From Candidatus Babelota bacterium (GTDB taxonomy: Bacteria > Babelota > Babeliae > Babelales > CAIQNR01): a DNA stretch of 64,000 nucleotides. The stretch covers positions 72,722 through 136,721 of the forward strand of contig CBFHTA010000001.1 of assembly GCA_965658655.1 (NCBI GenBank), written 5' to 3'. Numbering within the stretch: the stretch's first letter is position 1; each line of letters opens with the position of its first letter. This document shows, one piece after another, positions 29,606 to 39,006 of the stretch. Under the pieces are notes generated by a model, which did no database searches, was not told where the DNA came from, and worked only from the letters and a program-made list of their open reading frames with translations. Both the position numbers and the translations under genes were made by a program.

Positions 29606-31089
29606 GCAGGCACAACCCCTTTTAATTTTTTTCTTTTAAGAAATCGAACTAAATATAAAACTATGCAATATCCGGCATAACCTGCGCATACAGGATAAAT
29701 AAAATAGAAAGGAGTTACATATCGATGCTCTGGATGAGATATAATTGCTGGAGCAATTCCTCCAGCAGTCAAAGAGATCAAAAGCCCTAATAAAAAATAA
29801 TTTCTATTATATAGTAGGCAAACAGCTCCAAAATACCCCATCAACATAAAGAGTCGTACATACCATCGTCTAAATAAAAATTCTAACAAACTCAGAAAAC
29901 CGAATGAGTAAGCAACCTTTAAACGATCTCCATAATGAGAAAAACTATTATAATATTCCCAGTTCCATCCAGGAGTAATACTCCATGTAAGATCCAAGAA
30001 CAGAACCTTTTTAATGCGCCAGAAAAAACCTTTAAACCAAAAAACTGGGTCTTGCCAAAACCATTCCCAAAAAGCTTCTTTCATTTTATCATCCATTTTT
30101 TGAGTACCAATGAAAGATTCATCCAAATTAAAACGCTCCCTGGTATAACTAGTTACACAAGAATCACAGTATAAACCATTATTGGTGTCTGGGCACTGTG
30201 GATTAATCTTATTAGGACCTCTCCAACCCATACTATCTAGAAGCTGTTGGCCACTTGGAGCCGCAAAATATCTTCCATGCACTTTTTTATTAAATAAAGT
30301 CCAAGGTATCCAGAAACCTCCTATATTTGTGCCAATTAAAATAAAGGCAACCATCAAAACCGATTGCAATTGTTTTCTTTTGTCACAAAAAGCATAAACC
30401 CATGTAAAAAGAATACCCAAAACAAGAGGCCCAAAAATGGTTGGGCGCATCCATTGACAAAGAGCTACAAACAAACCCCCTATGACAGTTTTTTTTACAG
30501 AAACATTTTCATAAAATACTTTCATAAAGAGATAAAAAAGAACAACTGCCCCGTAAAAACAATATACATCTCGTATAGGATTTACATTCAAAAAAAGTAA
30601 AGGTAAAAAAAAAGAGACAAAACAAGCAGATAAAAGTGCGCTACCTTTTGGTAAAACAAGAAGCAAGCCCCAATAAAGCAATAAACAAGAAAATGCAAAA
30701 AGTAAGATCTGCAAAACCTGCATATCATAGTACTTTAAAGACCCTGTCACTTTCCACACTAAACCCATTAACCATCCATACCCAGGGTGCTCAAAAACAG
30801 GGATTTTTTTTTTGTCTGTTACTTTATTCACTTGGATTCCATTAGAATAAACAACAGAGTCTTTATAATAAGAAAAATTATTATATTTATAAACAGAGTA
30901 TGCTAGCTTTGTAGGGGTTTCAGGATAATAAGATCCATTTTTTTTTATAGCATTATAATAAGAGAAGAAAAAAAGTAACGTCATTGTTAAAGAGCAAAGA
31001 ATAACAATATACTCATTTTTATAATTGTGCCAAAATGCGTTCCACGTGCTTCTTCCATGTATACTGCTCAAGGACTTTTTCACGAGCAT
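29602..31089 (-). CDS. GT-C-like polytopic membrane protein (group C) copy 2
   Basis: EHPGYG, GLVWKVTGS, QWMRP, FWIP, GRYF and SHPEHRYVTP motifs. Confidence 0.65.
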   Translation of the reverse strand: MLVKKSLSSIHGRSTWNAFWHNYKNEYIVILCSLTMTLLFFFSYYNAIKKNGSYYPETPTKLAYSVYKYNNFSYYKDSVVYSNGIQVNKVTDKKKIPVFEHPGYGWLMGLVWKVTGSLKYYDMQVLQILLFAFSCLLLYWGLLLVLPKGSALLSACFVSFFLPLLFLNVNPIRDVYCFYGAVVLFYLFMKVFYENVSVKKTVIGGLFVALCQWMRPTIFGPLVLGILFTWVYAFCDKRKQLQSVLMVAFILIGTNIGGFWIPWTLFNKKVHGRYFAAPSGQQLLDSMGWRGPNKINPQCPDTNNGLYCDSCVTSYTRERFNLDESFIGTQKMDDKMKEAFWEWFWQDPVFWFKGFFWRIKKVLFLDLTWSITPGWNWEYYNSFSHYGDRLKVAYSFGFLSLLEFLFRRWYVRLFMLMGYFGAVCLLYNRNYFLLGLLISLTAGGIAPAIISHPEHRYVTPFYFIYPVCAGYAGYCIVLYLVRFLKRKKLKGVVPA

Positions 31090-32287
31090 TTTCTCCTATT
31101 TTGTTTCTTTCTTTTGTTGAAATATGTAAGCATAATTCACACGCTTTGACAAATCCTTGCACATCTAAAGGAGAAACCAAAATACCAACCTGTTGTTCTA
31201 TTAAAACATTTTTTACTTGAGTGCTATGATCTAAAAAAACAGCCGGGCTTAGAACTTCAGAAAGCTGCTCTAAGTCAGAAGCTATAACTGGCTTTGCCAT
31301 ACTCATATACTCAAATAACTTTGTAGGAGAACCAAAAAAACGAGTTCCATCTGCATTAGGAGCTGTAGGACATAAATAAGCATCGCACGCAGCAAGATAT
31401 TCTGGCGCTAAGTGTTGCGCAACTTTTCCTGTTAAGATTACCTGCCCAGTATCAATATATTTTTTAAGTTTTTGCTCAATAGAAGATTTTAGTGTGCCAT
31501 CTCCTATTAATAAAAAACGTGCATGAATGTATTTCTCGCAAATAACAGGAATAATTTTTTCAAGCATTGGAATACCATGCCAATGTCCAAACGTTCCAAT
31601 AAAACCAAATGTAAAAGTATCTCTTAGTTTATATTTTTCACGAATAATTGTACGTTTTTTCACTAATTTTGCCCCACTAAAAATTTGTTCTTCTACACCA
31701 TTCGGATTTACCAATATCTTTTCACAATCAACCCCACGATCTACTAAGTCATCTTTAAGCGCTTGTGAAACAGCTACAATTTGGGCTGCATGCTTTAAAT
31801 TTAAATTCTCAACCCAATAAGACAACTCAGTAAAACCAAACCAGCGCTTATACCAAGGATCAAAAGGTGAAGGTTTAAACCAATAAGCTTCCGAACCATT
31901 ATACTCAAGAATCAAGGGAATTTTACTATAAGCACTAAGCAAAACACCTGTAAAATTTAAAATGCTATATCGCTGATAAATAAGCTCAAATTTATATTTC
32001 TTCATAGTAGAAAAAATCTGAAAAAAGAAAAGAAACGTAGAAAAGAAGACTTCTAAACGCCAACGTAAATACCAAAATCGCCATCTAAGAGGATAAAAAA
32101 GTGGCCTCACAGAAAGAGAATAAAAAATAATTCCCTGAATTTCTTGCATAGTCTCAAGCATTGAAGAAGAAAAGACAATAACATTTTTATCTTTTTTTAA
32201 ATATTGTATAACCCCAAGAGCATGACCTATTGATCCTCCAATATTAATAGAAACTTCACAGATATCAGTACGAAGATAAAGTATCAT
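31019..32287 (-). CDS. GT4 (GT-B) glycosyltransferase
   Basis: NPNGV, GFIGTFGHWHG, SPTKLFEYMSMAKPVIAS and YTW motifs. Start at MILYLRTD. Confidence 0.92.
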   Translation of the reverse strand: MILYLRTDICEVSINIGGSIGHALGVIQYLKKDKNVIVFSSSMLETMQEIQGIIFYSLSVRPLFYPLRWRFWYLRWRLEVFFSTFLFFFQIFSTMKKYKFELIYQRYSILNFTGVLLSAYSKIPLILEYNGSEAYWFKPSPFDPWYKRWFGFTELSYWVENLNLKHAAQIVAVSQALKDDLVDRGVDCEKILVNPNGVEEQIFSGAKLVKKRTIIREKYKLRDTFTFGFIGTFGHWHGIPMLEKIIPVICEKYIHARFLLIGDGTLKSSIEQKLKKYIDTGQVILTGKVAQHLAPEYLAACDAYLCPTAPNADGTRFFGSPTKLFEYMSMAKPVIASDLEQLSEVLSPAVFLDHSTQVKNVLIEQQVGILVSPLDVQGFVKACELCLHISTKERNKIGENAREKVLEQYTWKKHVERILAQL

Positions 32288-33543
32288 TGTAAAGCTATAT
32301 CCCATTTAAATGGTAAATTAATGATGCCTTTATTCGGCCATAAAAAATCCTGTGAAGTTCTTGCATCTAATGAAACCGAAAATGTAATTATTTTATGCAA
32401 ACGAGTAATAAGATTACTTTTAAGAATTTCTCCTTTTACCCCTGCATTAGCAAATTCTAATGTAATACTATATGAACCCGGCTGCAAAACATCTTTAGGA
32501 ATGGAACAAATACTTTTATACTGAGCTGCATCTCGTTGAGAATTAGAAAAAAAAGTCTCAGAAGACTCAACAGTCATCGATAAAAGTTCATTCGACGCAT
32601 TGTATAAATAAATAATAACTGCAATCCGTGCGTTGTTTTTCTTAATTTTATATAAAATTTCTATTTCTATAGGCTCAGAGGAGGAAATGACACCTTCTTT
32701 ATACGCAGATTGATTTAAAATAGAAATATTACTTAATGCAACAAACTCTGACTTAGAAAATTCTTTTTCAGAAAAATTTACTCGTGCTCCCACTACAGAA
32801 GTTAGACCTAAATAATTTTCAATAATACTTTTTGGCAACCCTTGCCCAACAATAGTACTTTTTTCTAAATGCAAAACTTTAGTTGTAAGGCGAGCAACAG
32901 TATCCATATTATGAGAAACAAATAAAATAGTGCGCCCTTGTTTACTTATGCCTTCCATAGCTTTTAAACATTTCTTTTCAAATTCATAATCTCCAACAGC
33001 CAACACCTCATCAACTAATAAAATTTCTGGTTGAAGATGAGCTGCAACAGAAAAGGCCAATCTTAATCTCATACCAGATGAATACTTTTTTACAGGCAAA
33101 TCAAGAAATTTTCCTACTCCCGCAAAAGAAACAATTTCATCAAAATGCTTATTAATCTCCCAACGCTTCATACCAAGAATAATACCACTCATAAAAATAT
33201 TTTCTCGACCTGTAAGCTCTGCGTGGAAACCTGTACCAACTTCTAGCAAACTTGCCACCCTTCCTCGAACAATAGCTCTACCAGAAGTGGGTGCGGTTAT
33301 TTTACTTAAAATCTTTAAAAGCGTACTTTTGCCCGAACCATTTTTGCCAATAATCCCCAAGACCTCTCCTTGCTCGACTTCAAAAGAAATATCTTTAAGT
33401 GCATAAAAAGGCTCTTTTTTGGGTCCTTTTGTAAAAAATGACTGCATTTGCCCCGTTAACATTTCACGAAAACTCATACCTTGATCTTGAGCTGTTGCAA
33501 CAGAATACACTTTAGAAAGATTCTCTACTGTAATGGCCTTCAT
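32284..33543 (-). CDS. wzt: Polysaccharide ABC exporter ATPase with C-terminal (Wzt_C-like) extension
   Basis: Walker A GKNGSGKST, YSSGM, LLVDE and VSH motifs; ~170-aa beta-rich C-terminal domain. Confidence 0.92.
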   Translation of the reverse strand: MKAITVENLSKVYSVATAQDQGMSFREMLTGQMQSFFTKGPKKEPFYALKDISFEVEQGEVLGIIGKNGSGKSTLLKILSKITAPTSGRAIVRGRVASLLEVGTGFHAELTGRENIFMSGIILGMKRWEINKHFDEIVSFAGVGKFLDLPVKKYSSGMRLRLAFSVAAHLQPEILLVDEVLAVGDYEFEKKCLKAMEGISKQGRTILFVSHNMDTVARLTTKVLHLEKSTIVGQGLPKSIIENYLGLTSVVGARVNFSEKEFSKSEFVALSNISILNQSAYKEGVISSSEPIEIEILYKIKKNNARIAVIIYLYNASNELLSMTVESSETFFSNSQRDAAQYKSICSIPKDVLQPGSYSITLEFANAGVKGEILKSNLITRLHKIITFSVSLDARTSQDFLWPNKGIINLPFKWDIALQ

Positions 33544-33550
33544 AATTCCC

Positions 33551-34366
33551 CTATAATGCGTCTGCAAAAGTATCTTGTGCTACTTTAAAATACCAAAGAC
33601 TTATTATTCCAAATACTACCGTTACCGTTAACGAAACAATCATGGATTCTAGCTGCAAAGACTCTCCTAATAACGTCCATCTAAATCCATTGATAACTCC
33701 TACTAGCGGATTTAAACCTAAAAACAATACAAGTTTTTTTGGAACCATCGAAAGACTAAATCCTACAGAAGTACAATACAAACCAAGCTGACTCACAAAG
33801 GGAATAATATGTCTAAAGTCACGATATTTAACTATAAGTGATGCAAACATAAGACTTGTACTTAACGAAACAAACGCAAGCCACCCAAAGAAAAACGGAA
33901 AAAGAACAATCTGCTTGGGTGGCATAAATTGATAACGCAACAAAGATAAAAAAAGATAAAAAATAAAGGAAACCCCAAAGTCTACAGAACTACAGAGAAT
34001 ACGACTTGCAGGCAAAATAATTCGAGGAAAATATACTTTTGAAACTAACTGCTCATTAGCAAGGAAGCTATTACTTGCATACACTAACATATCAACAAAA
34101 AATTGCCACGCTAACATTGCAGAAAATACAATTAAAGGATAAGGAGCAACTGATGATTCTATGCCTGCTATTCGACTAAAAATAACAGTAAAAATAGTAA
34201 CTGTTAAAAGAGGCCTTAAAACAACCCAAGCAATTCCAATTGAGGTCTGTTTATAGTGCACCAAGATATCTCGCCAGCCAAGAAATAAAAAAACTTCTTT
34301 ATAGTTCCAAAGCTCCCGGACAAGCTCTTTCCATGATTTGCGCGATGTTATGATTGTTTCTTGCAT
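33551..34366 (-). CDS. wzm: Polysaccharide ABC exporter permease
   Basis: RDILVHYKQTSIGIAW, LVSKVYFPR, YRDF and LNPL motifs. Confidence 0.92.
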   Translation of the reverse strand: MQETIITSRKSWKELVRELWNYKEVFLFLGWRDILVHYKQTSIGIAWVVLRPLLTVTIFTVIFSRIAGIESSVAPYPLIVFSAMLAWQFFVDMLVYASNSFLANEQLVSKVYFPRIILPASRILCSSVDFGVSFIFYLFLSLLRYQFMPPKQIVLFPFFFGWLAFVSLSTSLMFASLIVKYRDFRHIIPFVSQLGLYCTSVGFSLSMVPKKLVLFLGLNPLVGVINGFRWTLLGESLQLESMIVSLTVTVVFGIISLWYFKVAQDTFADAL

Positions 34367-35199
34367 TATTTAACCTTTTTCGCTTCAATACAAATATACC
34401 ATCCCCACCTTTTTGCTAAAAGGTTTAAAAATGATTGAGGAATATACTTGTACAATCTTCCTATTAGACTCACAGGGGGCAAATCATGAATATCTAACTT
34501 TTCAATCCGTATATCTAAAACTCTAAACCCATTTCCTTCTAAAAGCTCTCTTAAGGAGCTCTTTGTATATACCTTTACATACGGATCACTATCACTCTCT
34601 GTAAATTCAATTTGAGCTAAACGCTGTTCAAATGTTTGCTTCAAAAAACCTCCACAGAGAAGGTAATCCCAAAGCCACAAGTGCAACCAATAAAAAATAG
34701 AGTTTTTGTTATATACCGTAAGCTGTAATGTACCATCCTCAAGGAGGTTATCTTTAATTTTTTTAAAAACAATCTCAATGTGTGGAATATGATGCAGCAC
34801 ACCAAATGAATAGATTAAATCAAATTTTTGATCAAATTCTAATTCCTCTGCATCTAGTTCGTGAATTTTTGCTTTTAATCCATAAAAAGATAAATGCTTC
34901 TTGGTCCGTTCAATATTTTCGGGAACAATGTCTATACCGGTATATTCAGCACCATACTTGCAAAACATATAAGCGTCGTAGCCCGCTCCACAACCAATTT
35001 CTAAAACTCGTTTACCTTTCCATTTTGGATAGTCAACAAGGTCAATTAGAAAATCGTGTTCTTTACCAAATCGTTCTTGTAAAACTTTTTCAAAAAATGC
35101 TTTGGTTCCAGGCTTTAAATCTTTAGCATGAGTAGTTCCTGCGGGATTTGCTCCCCACACATTTTTGGTTGCTTCTTTAATATTAGACTGTTGCCGCAT
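34366..35199 (-). CDS. Class I SAM-dependent methyltransferase
   Basis: VLEIGCGAG, GIDIV and YSFGVLHH motifs; abuts wzm. Confidence 0.9.
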   Translation of the reverse strand: MRQQSNIKEATKNVWGANPAGTTHAKDLKPGTKAFFEKVLQERFGKEHDFLIDLVDYPKWKGKRVLEIGCGAGYDAYMFCKYGAEYTGIDIVPENIERTKKHLSFYGLKAKIHELDAEELEFDQKFDLIYSFGVLHHIPHIEIVFKKIKDNLLEDGTLQLTVYNKNSIFYWLHLWLWDYLLCGGFLKQTFEQRLAQIEFTESDSDPYVKVYTKSSLRELLEGNGFRVLDIRIEKLDIHDLPPVSLIGRLYKYIPQSFLNLLAKRWGWYICIEAKKVK

Positions 35200-35815
35200 G
35201 TCTTACACTCATTTTTTTAGAAATATACACATTCGCGTCAACACCATTTGGATTTACCAAAATTCGCTGCTTTGATACTCCACGGTCGACTAACTCTTCT
35301 TTAAGAACCTGTGATACAACAACAATGGTATTGGCATTTTGTATATTTAATAATTCTACTTTTTTCATTAACCATTCAAATGTTAGCCACCGCTTTTTTG
35401 CAATCCAGTTACTTGCAATCCATGCTTCTGATCCATTGTATTCCAAAATAAGTTTTTTTTTGTAAACCCATTTTAAAAGTACACCAGTCATATTTAACAA
35501 ACTATATCTTTGATACATAAAAAGTACATCCCCTTTTTTAAGCAATTCCCTAACTTGAAAAAAGAAAAAAAAAGAAGATAAAAAAGAATTTATTTTCCAA
35601 CGCAAAAACCTTAACCATTCAGGATTATAAAGCTTTACACATTGTTTTAGATTTTGTTTCTTGAGAAGTCCTTGCATACACGAAGATGCACAGAGAACTT
35701 CATAACCTAAGTCTGTAAATCCTTGAAGCACGCCCAGTGTATGAGCAACCGACCCACCAGCTATAAGCTCTTCATCGCAAATATCGGTCCTTAAATACAA
35801 AATTGTTTTATTCAT
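35183..35815 (-). CDS. Stand-alone N-terminal domain of a GT4 glycosyltransferase (half-gene)
   Basis: 210-aa paralog of the N-half of 31019..32287 (YLRTDIC, GG..H.LGV, YQRYS, LEYNGSEA); ends just after NPNGVD. Confidence 0.7.
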   Translation of the reverse strand: MNKTILYLRTDICDEELIAGGSVAHTLGVLQGFTDLGYEVLCASSCMQGLLKKQNLKQCVKLYNPEWLRFLRWKINSFLSSFFFFFQVRELLKKGDVLFMYQRYSLLNMTGVLLKWVYKKKLILEYNGSEAWIASNWIAKKRWLTFEWLMKKVELLNIQNANTIVVVSQVLKEELVDRGVSKQRILVNPNGVDANVYISKKMSVRHAATV

Positions 35816-37767
35816 TAAAAAACCTGAGTTGCCATTACATTTTGCAAAATCCATAACTGCACTGAATAATCTCTATCTTGTCTTTGAGTCTCTTGCATAA
35901 GGCGATTGATTTCTTGCTTGCCAAATACAGCGTTTAAGCTGTGTTGCTTAGTTGAAAGCATATCTTTAAAGTAGGGCTTAAAGTACTTTCCAGATTTAAA
36001 CCAACGAGTAATTGGTGCTGCGAATCCCATTTTTTTTCTATAAATAACATCATGTGGCAAGATATCTTCAGCTGTTTTCTTAAGAAGATATTTAGTCATT
36101 TTATTGTTGTATTTAAACTTAGTTGGAACTTGGAGCGCAAACTCAACATGCTTGTGATCCAAGAACGGAACCCGCCCTTCTACCGAGGTTGCCATAGTCA
36201 TTTTGTCTACACGCATTAATAAAAGCTCAGGCAAACGTTGTTTAAACTCTAAGTAGATCATTGATTTTAAAAAATCTGCTGATGGATCAATGGAATACAA
36301 CTTTTTGAGATGATAATCAACAATGGCATAACTATCTAAACGTTGATCAATCCCCGGATAAATCTTTTCTAAGATAGGATCGAACTCTTCTTGTGGTGCT
36401 GGCATAATAGACTTTTTCCAATCTTCTGAAAAAGCCAGTGCTCCGCTCCAGAACAAGTGTCGGCCTGATGCCCACTGCTCGAGCAATGCTAAATGATATT
36501 TTTTTGATGGAAAAACTTGCGCAGCTAACCATGACCCTGATTTCTTAACTGCCTGAGGAATAAAACGAGCAGGCTGATAATACTTACGATAAGCCTCTAA
36601 ATAGTTAGCATAGTTTTGATAACCGCAATAAAGCTCATCTGCTCCTTCACCCACTTGCACCACCGTTGTTCCAGAATCTTTGAGTAATTTTGCTACATAA
36701 TAAAGGGGAACACAAACACAATCGGCAATTGGTTCATCTTGATGGTGAACCATCTTTTCAAAAAAATCGAAAGCCTCTTTTTCTGAAATAGAAATTTCGT
36801 AATGCTCCGTGTTAAATTTTTTAGCAACTTTACGAGCCCACTCAACTTCTGCGTACTCAGGACCATCAGAGAATGCTACATTAAACGTTTTAACACGATC
36901 AGTAAATTGAGACATTAAGGCTACATTTAAGCTCGAATCAACACCACCAGACAAAAAGACCCCAAAGGGGACATCCGCCATCATGCGCTTTTGAATAGAG
37001 TCTGTCAGTAATTTCTTTGTTTTATCTATACAAAATTGCTCACTATTTAAATCCACTCGATCATAATGAGTTTCTGGAAGAAGTGGATTATACCATTCAT
37101 GAAAAGTCATTTCTCGCTTTTCATCAATCTTTGCGTAATACCCAGAAGGCATTTTATATACGCCTTGGTACAAAGTCAGTGGCGCAGGCGTAACCATGTA
37201 CGTTAAATAATGGTAGAGCCCACGCTGGTTCAATTTCGATTTTAACCAGGGTAATTTCCACAAGGCTTTAATTTCTGAGGCAAAACTTATATGACCACCA
37301 TCCAAAGAAAAATAGAGCGGCTTGATGCCAATACGGTCGCGAACCAGATACCACTCATTTTTTTTTAAGTCTCCTAAAGCTCCCGCAAACATTCCCTCAA
37401 GTTTATCTAAGCAAGCAATGCCCCACTCTTTAAAAGCATACAAAAACACCTCTGTATCGGCATTAGATTTAAATTCATGGCCCAAAGCCTCTAGTTCTTT
37501 ACGCAAGGATTTGTAGTTGTAAATTTCACCATTAAAACAAATAACTACGGACTTATCAGCATCAAACATTGGTTGAGTTCCAGCCTTTGAAAGATCAATG
37601 ATGCTTAAACGCCGATGAACCAAAGCTACCTCTAAAGCTTGTGAACTCCAGATCCCAAAACCATCTGGACCGCGATGCTCTATGCTTTTATGTAATTGAT
37701 TAAGTATTTCTTTCTCGGCGGTAAAAATACCCGGCTTAGTTGAAAAATAACCTGCGAATCCACACAT
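35815..37767 (-). CDS. asnB: Asparagine synthase-like glutamine amidotransferase (glycan-associated)
   Basis: MCG N-terminus, HRGPD, RRLSIID, FNGEIYN, LSGGVDSS and GEGADE motifs. Confidence 0.9.
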   Translation of the reverse strand: MCGFAGYFSTKPGIFTAEKEILNQLHKSIEHRGPDGFGIWSSQALEVALVHRRLSIIDLSKAGTQPMFDADKSVVICFNGEIYNYKSLRKELEALGHEFKSNADTEVFLYAFKEWGIACLDKLEGMFAGALGDLKKNEWYLVRDRIGIKPLYFSLDGGHISFASEIKALWKLPWLKSKLNQRGLYHYLTYMVTPAPLTLYQGVYKMPSGYYAKIDEKREMTFHEWYNPLLPETHYDRVDLNSEQFCIDKTKKLLTDSIQKRMMADVPFGVFLSGGVDSSLNVALMSQFTDRVKTFNVAFSDGPEYAEVEWARKVAKKFNTEHYEISISEKEAFDFFEKMVHHQDEPIADCVCVPLYYVAKLLKDSGTTVVQVGEGADELYCGYQNYANYLEAYRKYYQPARFIPQAVKKSGSWLAAQVFPSKKYHLALLEQWASGRHLFWSGALAFSEDWKKSIMPAPQEEFDPILEKIYPGIDQRLDSYAIVDYHLKKLYSIDPSADFLKSMIYLEFKQRLPELLLMRVDKMTMATSVEGRVPFLDHKHVEFALQVPTKFKYNNKMTKYLLKKTAEDILPHDVIYRKKMGFAAPITRWFKSGKYFKPYFKDMLSTKQHSLNAVFGKQEINRLMQETQRQDRDYSVQLWILQNVMATQVF

Positions 37768-37775
37768 ATGCTTTC

Positions 37776-38795
37776 CTACAAATAATCTTCGTGATGATCT
37801 TTCTTAAGAATATCAATTACTCGTTTAACTTTTTCTACATGGTCTCTATGAACAACAAGGAAAATGTCATCTTTTTGGACAACGCAAATATTTTCTACCC
37901 CCACTAACGCAACTAAGAAATCTGATGCCTCCACTAAATTGTCTTTTGCATCAATTTCTATAATCGTACTTTCTTTTTCTTGCTCTCCTCTTAAAGATAA
38001 GAACGTATCGAGGTTACCAACATCGCACCACACAAAATCTGCGGGCAAAACTGCGCGTTTAATAGTTTGTTCTATTACGGCATAATCAATAGAAATAGAA
38101 GGAACCGCAGCGTAATCTCCTGACCCATGAACAAAATGGGCAACTGCTTCAAACACTTCTGGTGCCGCTTCTTGGCAAATGGTTAAAAAACTTTTTACGT
38201 GTGCTACAAACATGCCGCTATTCCAAAGGTAACCTTTTTCTATATAGTCTTTTGCCAAATCTACGTCTGGTTTCTCATGAAAGGCATGAACTGGTGCAGG
38301 GAACGTTGCTGTTTTATCGTACGAAATATAGCCATACCCTGTCACAGGATAAGAAGGCTTTAATCCCATCATGGTAATTACGTCATTCTGAGATGCAAAA
38401 TCAACAACATGGCCCATAAACTCTAAAAATTTATCCGTCTGCGGAATATAGTGATCAGCAGGTAAAAACATAAGAGTTGCATCTGGATCTCGTTCTTCTA
38501 CCATTAATGCTGCCAAAATCATTGCTCCTGCGGTGTTTCGAGCTTCTGGCTCAACCAAAATATGAGCAGCTAATCGCTCAATTGTTTGCCCAATAGCTTC
38601 TTCGTGTTCTTGCGTGGTCATAACCCAACGATTTTCAAAGGGAACGACAGGAACAATTCGTTCAATTGTCTGCTCTAGCAATGATTTATGTTTAACAAAA
38701 GGCAAAAGCTGCTTAGGACGTTTTTTCCTAGTCAAAGGCCACAATCGATCTCCACTGCCACCTGCTAAAATAATACTATGCACATTCGTATTCAT
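37776..38795 (-). CDS. manC: Mannose-1-phosphate guanylyltransferase (no C-terminal PMI cupin)
   Basis: ILAGGSGDRLWP, PKQ, EPEARNT, PADH, EKP, WNSG, SIDYAV and WCDVG motifs. Confidence 0.9.
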   Translation of the reverse strand: MNTNVHSIILAGGSGDRLWPLTRKKRPKQLLPFVKHKSLLEQTIERIVPVVPFENRWVMTTQEHEEAIGQTIERLAAHILVEPEARNTAGAMILAALMVEERDPDATLMFLPADHYIPQTDKFLEFMGHVVDFASQNDVITMMGLKPSYPVTGYGYISYDKTATFPAPVHAFHEKPDVDLAKDYIEKGYLWNSGMFVAHVKSFLTICQEAAPEVFEAVAHFVHGSGDYAAVPSISIDYAVIEQTIKRAVLPADFVWCDVGNLDTFLSLRGEQEKESTIIEIDAKDNLVEASDFLVALVGVENICVVQKDDIFLVVHRDHVEKVKRVIDILKKDHHEDYL

Positions 38796-39006
38796 ACTCT
38801 CTCTCCGTTTTTTGTATTATTTTGTACACTTGATACAGACCAACAAGTGTTACAGCCAACAGCAACAGCTCCACCATCATTCTCAAACGAGCACATCCAT
38901 CTGGCCCTGTAATGAATAAAAAACATCCTAAATAAGAGGTTATAAACAAAAAAACATAACACTTGTTGCAAGATTCATGCACATAGTCAACACGTTCGTC
39001 CCTTTT
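38776..39006 (-). pseudogene. Probable C-terminal remnant of a GT-C-type membrane protein
   Basis: Short hydrophobic frame with GPDGCARLRMMVELLL, resembling the terminal R-x-R-x-x-x-E TM motif of GT-C proteins; no upstream body. Confidence 0.4.

Noticed and set aside
13221..35815. A/T homopolymer runs (9-10 nt) as phase-variation tracts
   Set aside because: Expected in very AT-rich Phe/Lys-rich membrane genes; all ORFs are intact and there are no long G/C tracts.
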